In this document: positions 14,661-16,788 of the stretch, piece after piece
How positions within the stretch are numbered: the first letter of the stretch is position 1
How the letters are laid out: each line of letters starts with the position of its first letter
Assembly (NCBI GenBank): GCA_031458695.1
Contig: JAVKJW010000042.1
Coordinates: forward strand, 1 to 16,788
DNA length: 16,788 nucleotides
From: Candidatus Thermofontivivens primus
GTDB taxonomy: Bacteria; Sysuimicrobiota; Sysuimicrobiia; Sysuimicrobiales; Thermofontiviventaceae
Reading direction: 5' to 3'
Made by a program: the position numbers and the translations under genes
The notes under the pieces: model-generated
What the model was told of the DNA's origin: nothing
Databases searched by the model: none
Seen by the model: only the letters and a program-made list of their open reading frames with translations

Positions 14661-16435
14661 GCCAGTCTCGGGAGTTTCACTTCCACAGTCGTTCCTTGTC
14701 CTTGCGCGCTGCGGACAGTCAGCGACCCACCAATGGCCAGCGCCCGCTCCCGCATCCCTGACAGACCGATCCCAGCAGGAGCGCGTCCAAGGTCGAACCC
14801 GGTTCCGTTATCACGAATCACCAGTTGGATCGTCTGGGAATCTGCGGTAAGATGCACCGTTGCCTGCGTGGCACGGGCGTGTCGGACGACGTTGGCCAGC
14901 GCCTCCTGGGCGATGCGAAAGAGGTGCTTGCGGGTGAACGGGGTGAGCTCTGTAAGGTCCCCTTGGACAGAGATCTCTACCTCTAGAGTCTCGGGCTTTC
15001 CAATGTCCTGTAGGTACGACTTCAGCTCGGAGATGAATTCACTTGTGGTCATCCCGCCGATCCACATGTCAAAGATGAGCCCTCGGATCTCCCCCATGGT
15101 CTTTGTGCTCAGGCGGAGGACGGACTCCAGCCGCTCACGCACCGCCCGAAGATCTTCAGGGATGAGCTTCAGGCAGCTCTCCAGGGTATAGACTGTCCCA
15201 AAGAGACATTGTGAGACAGTATCGTGAATTTCCCTGGCGATACGGTTCCGCTCTTCCTGGATCGCGGACCGTTGGGCCCGTTCGACGCACATCCGCGTGC
15301 TCCAGATCGCCAGAGCGGCCTGGTGTGCCACGGAGTTCAGAAGCGCAAGCGCTTCTTTGTCCGGTGGTTCTCCGTCAGGCACCTCCACAACAAGGACCCC
15401 AACGGGGAGATCCCGCACAAGGAGGGGGATGACCACGCCTCGCCGCAGGGAGTTCGTGGGAAAAACCGGATGCGCGAAGATGGTGGTGCCGTCGCGGATT
15501 ACGTAGGGGGCTCGGCTCTGAAGCGCCTGGGCAAGAGGGCCTTGATCTTCCATGATGGGCACGCGCAGGGTCGGCGGGATCTCCTCTTCAAGGCTACCTC
15601 GGGAAGCCCCCATCCAGCCCGTTAGCGAGCGGTCCCCATGATCGACCAAGCCCATGAAGGCGCGCGGATAGCCTAGTTCCTCCGTGAGGCTTGTGAGTAC
15701 ACGGCGCTGGACATCGTGGACGTCTACCGCAGCCGACTGAAGTGCCACCGCCAGTCCATGGAGGGACAGCAGATGACGGTTCATACGCTGGAGTTCCGCG
15801 GTCTTGCGCACGAGTTCGTTGCGGATCTGCTCAAGAAGATGGGCGTTGGCTCGCTGGTCCTCCAGGAGGGAGGTGAAATTTGCGAACAGCCCGGCGATGA
15901 GGAAGAAGCCAGCGATGTGAATGCTCATCAGAGCCGGGTTCATATCTTTGCCTAAGACAAGGGCGTTGGCGGCCATCACGACCCCATAGCTGAGGCTCAT
16001 CCCGCTCGCGGCCAGGAGGCCTCCACGGACGCGGAAGAAGAGGCCAGCGGCGAAGAGCGGGCTGAGCGCATACAGGTAATACGGTGTCGTCACACCGCCG
16101 CTGAGATGTATAAGGGCAACGCAGAAGAGGATGTCCACTCCCACAAGGAGCGGGTGTTGCACGGCGATCTGATTGAGCCACGGGTGGAATAGGGTGATGG
16201 CGACGTTATAGCCTGCGGCGAGGGAAAAGATCCAGCGCAAGGACCAGTACCCTGGATGCAAACCAGGGAGCATCGCGAGGAGAGGGGGAACTAGGCTGAA
16301 CCATCGGTAAATAAGGATATAGACAAACAGGTGCCCACGATGCCCTAGCTGAAGAGGCACTGTGCGGAATTTTCCGGTCTGGTGAGGAAGGAATTCCTTC
16401 CACAGGGACCGAACGCTGGGGTTCTCCCCCTGCAC
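14630..16435 (-). CDS. Membrane sensor histidine kinase (multi-TM, GAF, HisKA_3, HATPase)
   Basis: About five N-terminal hydrophobic segments, a coiled coil, GAF (VIPLLVRDLPVGVLVV), H-box EERNRIAREIHD, QEALANVVRHA, IRDNGTGF, GIGLSGMRER. Confidence 0.93.
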   Translation of the reverse strand: MQGENPSVRSLWKEFLPHQTGKFRTVPLQLGHRGHLFVYILIYRWFSLVPPLLAMLPGLHPGYWSLRWIFSLAAGYNVAITLFHPWLNQIAVQHPLLVGVDILFCVALIHLSGGVTTPYYLYALSPLFAAGLFFRVRGGLLAASGMSLSYGVVMAANALVLGKDMNPALMSIHIAGFFLIAGLFANFTSLLEDQRANAHLLEQIRNELVRKTAELQRMNRHLLSLHGLAVALQSAAVDVHDVQRRVLTSLTEELGYPRAFMGLVDHGDRSLTGWMGASRGSLEEEIPPTLRVPIMEDQGPLAQALQSRAPYVIRDGTTIFAHPVFPTNSLRRGVVIPLLVRDLPVGVLVVEVPDGEPPDKEALALLNSVAHQAALAIWSTRMCVERAQRSAIQEERNRIAREIHDTVSQCLFGTVYTLESCLKLIPEDLRAVRERLESVLRLSTKTMGEIRGLIFDMWIGGMTTSEFISELKSYLQDIGKPETLEVEISVQGDLTELTPFTRKHLFRIAQEALANVVRHARATQATVHLTADSQTIQLVIRDNGTGFDLGRAPAGIGLSGMRERALAIGGSLTVRSAQGQGTTVEVKLPRLACVSNPSFVS

Positions 16436-16465
16436 GATTCCACCCCTGCCGCTTGCTTTGACTCA

Positions 16466-16495
16466 ATTTTACCAGACAGGGATACTCTTGTGCAA
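16466..16495 (-). promoter_or_regulatory. Putative sigma70 promoter with extended -10 for the kinase-regulator-soxYZ operon
   Basis: Minus strand TTGCAC (16495-16490) - 18 nt - TAAAAT (16471-16466), preceded by TGG (TGn extended -10). Confidence 0.6.
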
Positions 16496-16505
16496 TCAAG
16501 GTTTC

Positions 16506-16788
16506 TCAACGGGCGACTAAGTCTTGTTCGCGAACGGTGAACTCCTTCTCGAGATGTTCCATCCGGGCACCGATTCCCCCATACTCCAGCTCAGAGTAAG
16601 GCAACATTGCGGGCTCAAAGAACCCCTGCCGGCGCATCTCCATGGCCTTCTCAGCGATCCGATCACGGACCTGGTCCCAGAAGGGGTCCGCGAAAAGGTC
16701 TACAGGTCCAGTGAGAACTCCTTCGTGCATGGAGTAGCCAGCCGCAGAGACCATGGGGCAGCAGAAAAACGTGGACGCACTTGTGTTC
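16506..16788 (-). CDS. fbp: 3' end of fructose-1,6-bisphosphate aldolase/phosphatase (class V FBPase)
   Basis: The frame stays open to the window edge (NTSASTFFCCPMVSAAGYSMHEG...). LTGPVDLFADPFWD, MRRQGFFEPAMLPYSELEY match the C-terminus of this family. Confidence 0.85.
   Translation of the reverse strand, partial: NTSASTFFCCPMVSAAGYSMHEGVLTGPVDLFADPFWDQVRDRIAEKAMEMRRQGFFEPAMLPYSELEYGGIGARMEHLEKEFTVREQDLVAR

Noticed and set aside
1558..16447. Recurring GGGGTGG(AA) just upstream of starts at 1557, 9832, 10112 and 16435
   Set aside because: Explained as a variant Shine-Dalgarno sequence (GGAGGTG with G substitution); useful for start calls but not a separate element.
1..16788. CRISPR arrays, tRNA/rRNA genes, transposases, selenocysteine read-through
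   Set aside because: I saw no regularly spaced repeats, RNA gene signatures, transposase motifs, or in-frame UGA at catalytic Cys positions.

Overview
GC-rich bacterial window dominated by a sulfur-oxidation locus. A long minus-strand operon runs tusA - dsrE2-like - dsrE-like - broken lbpA/thioredoxin junction - shdrC1 - shdrB1 - shdrA - shdrH - shdrB3 (C2B2-type fusion) - etfB. This matches the type II sulfur-oxidizing heterodisulfide-reductase-like (sHdr) layout. Where etfA would be expected, the operon continues into an extracytoplasmic module: a SoxW-like CPYC thioredoxin, a secreted His-motif beta-propeller, and a Tat-signal SoxY-like gene that runs off the left edge and is missing from the ORF track. 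Divergent from tusA are copC and a large CopC-CopD multidomain fusion. Convergent on these is a membrane GAF histidine kinase - NarL-type regulator - SoxY-SoxZ fusion operon, preceded by the 3' end of an FBP aldolase/phosphatase gene. Main observations: (1) the SoxYZ fusion carries a complete superoxide-reductase-type His4Cys metal ligand pattern next to the GGC sulfur-carrier arm; (2) the propeller, thioredoxin and CopC/CopD genes suggest a copper-loaded secreted sulfur enzyme feeding sHdr; (3) the lipoate-binding protein gene is cut before its lipoyl-Lys and joined out of frame to a start-less thioredoxin; (4) tandem palindromic operators overlap the putative tusA promoter. All family calls come from motif recognition, not database searches.
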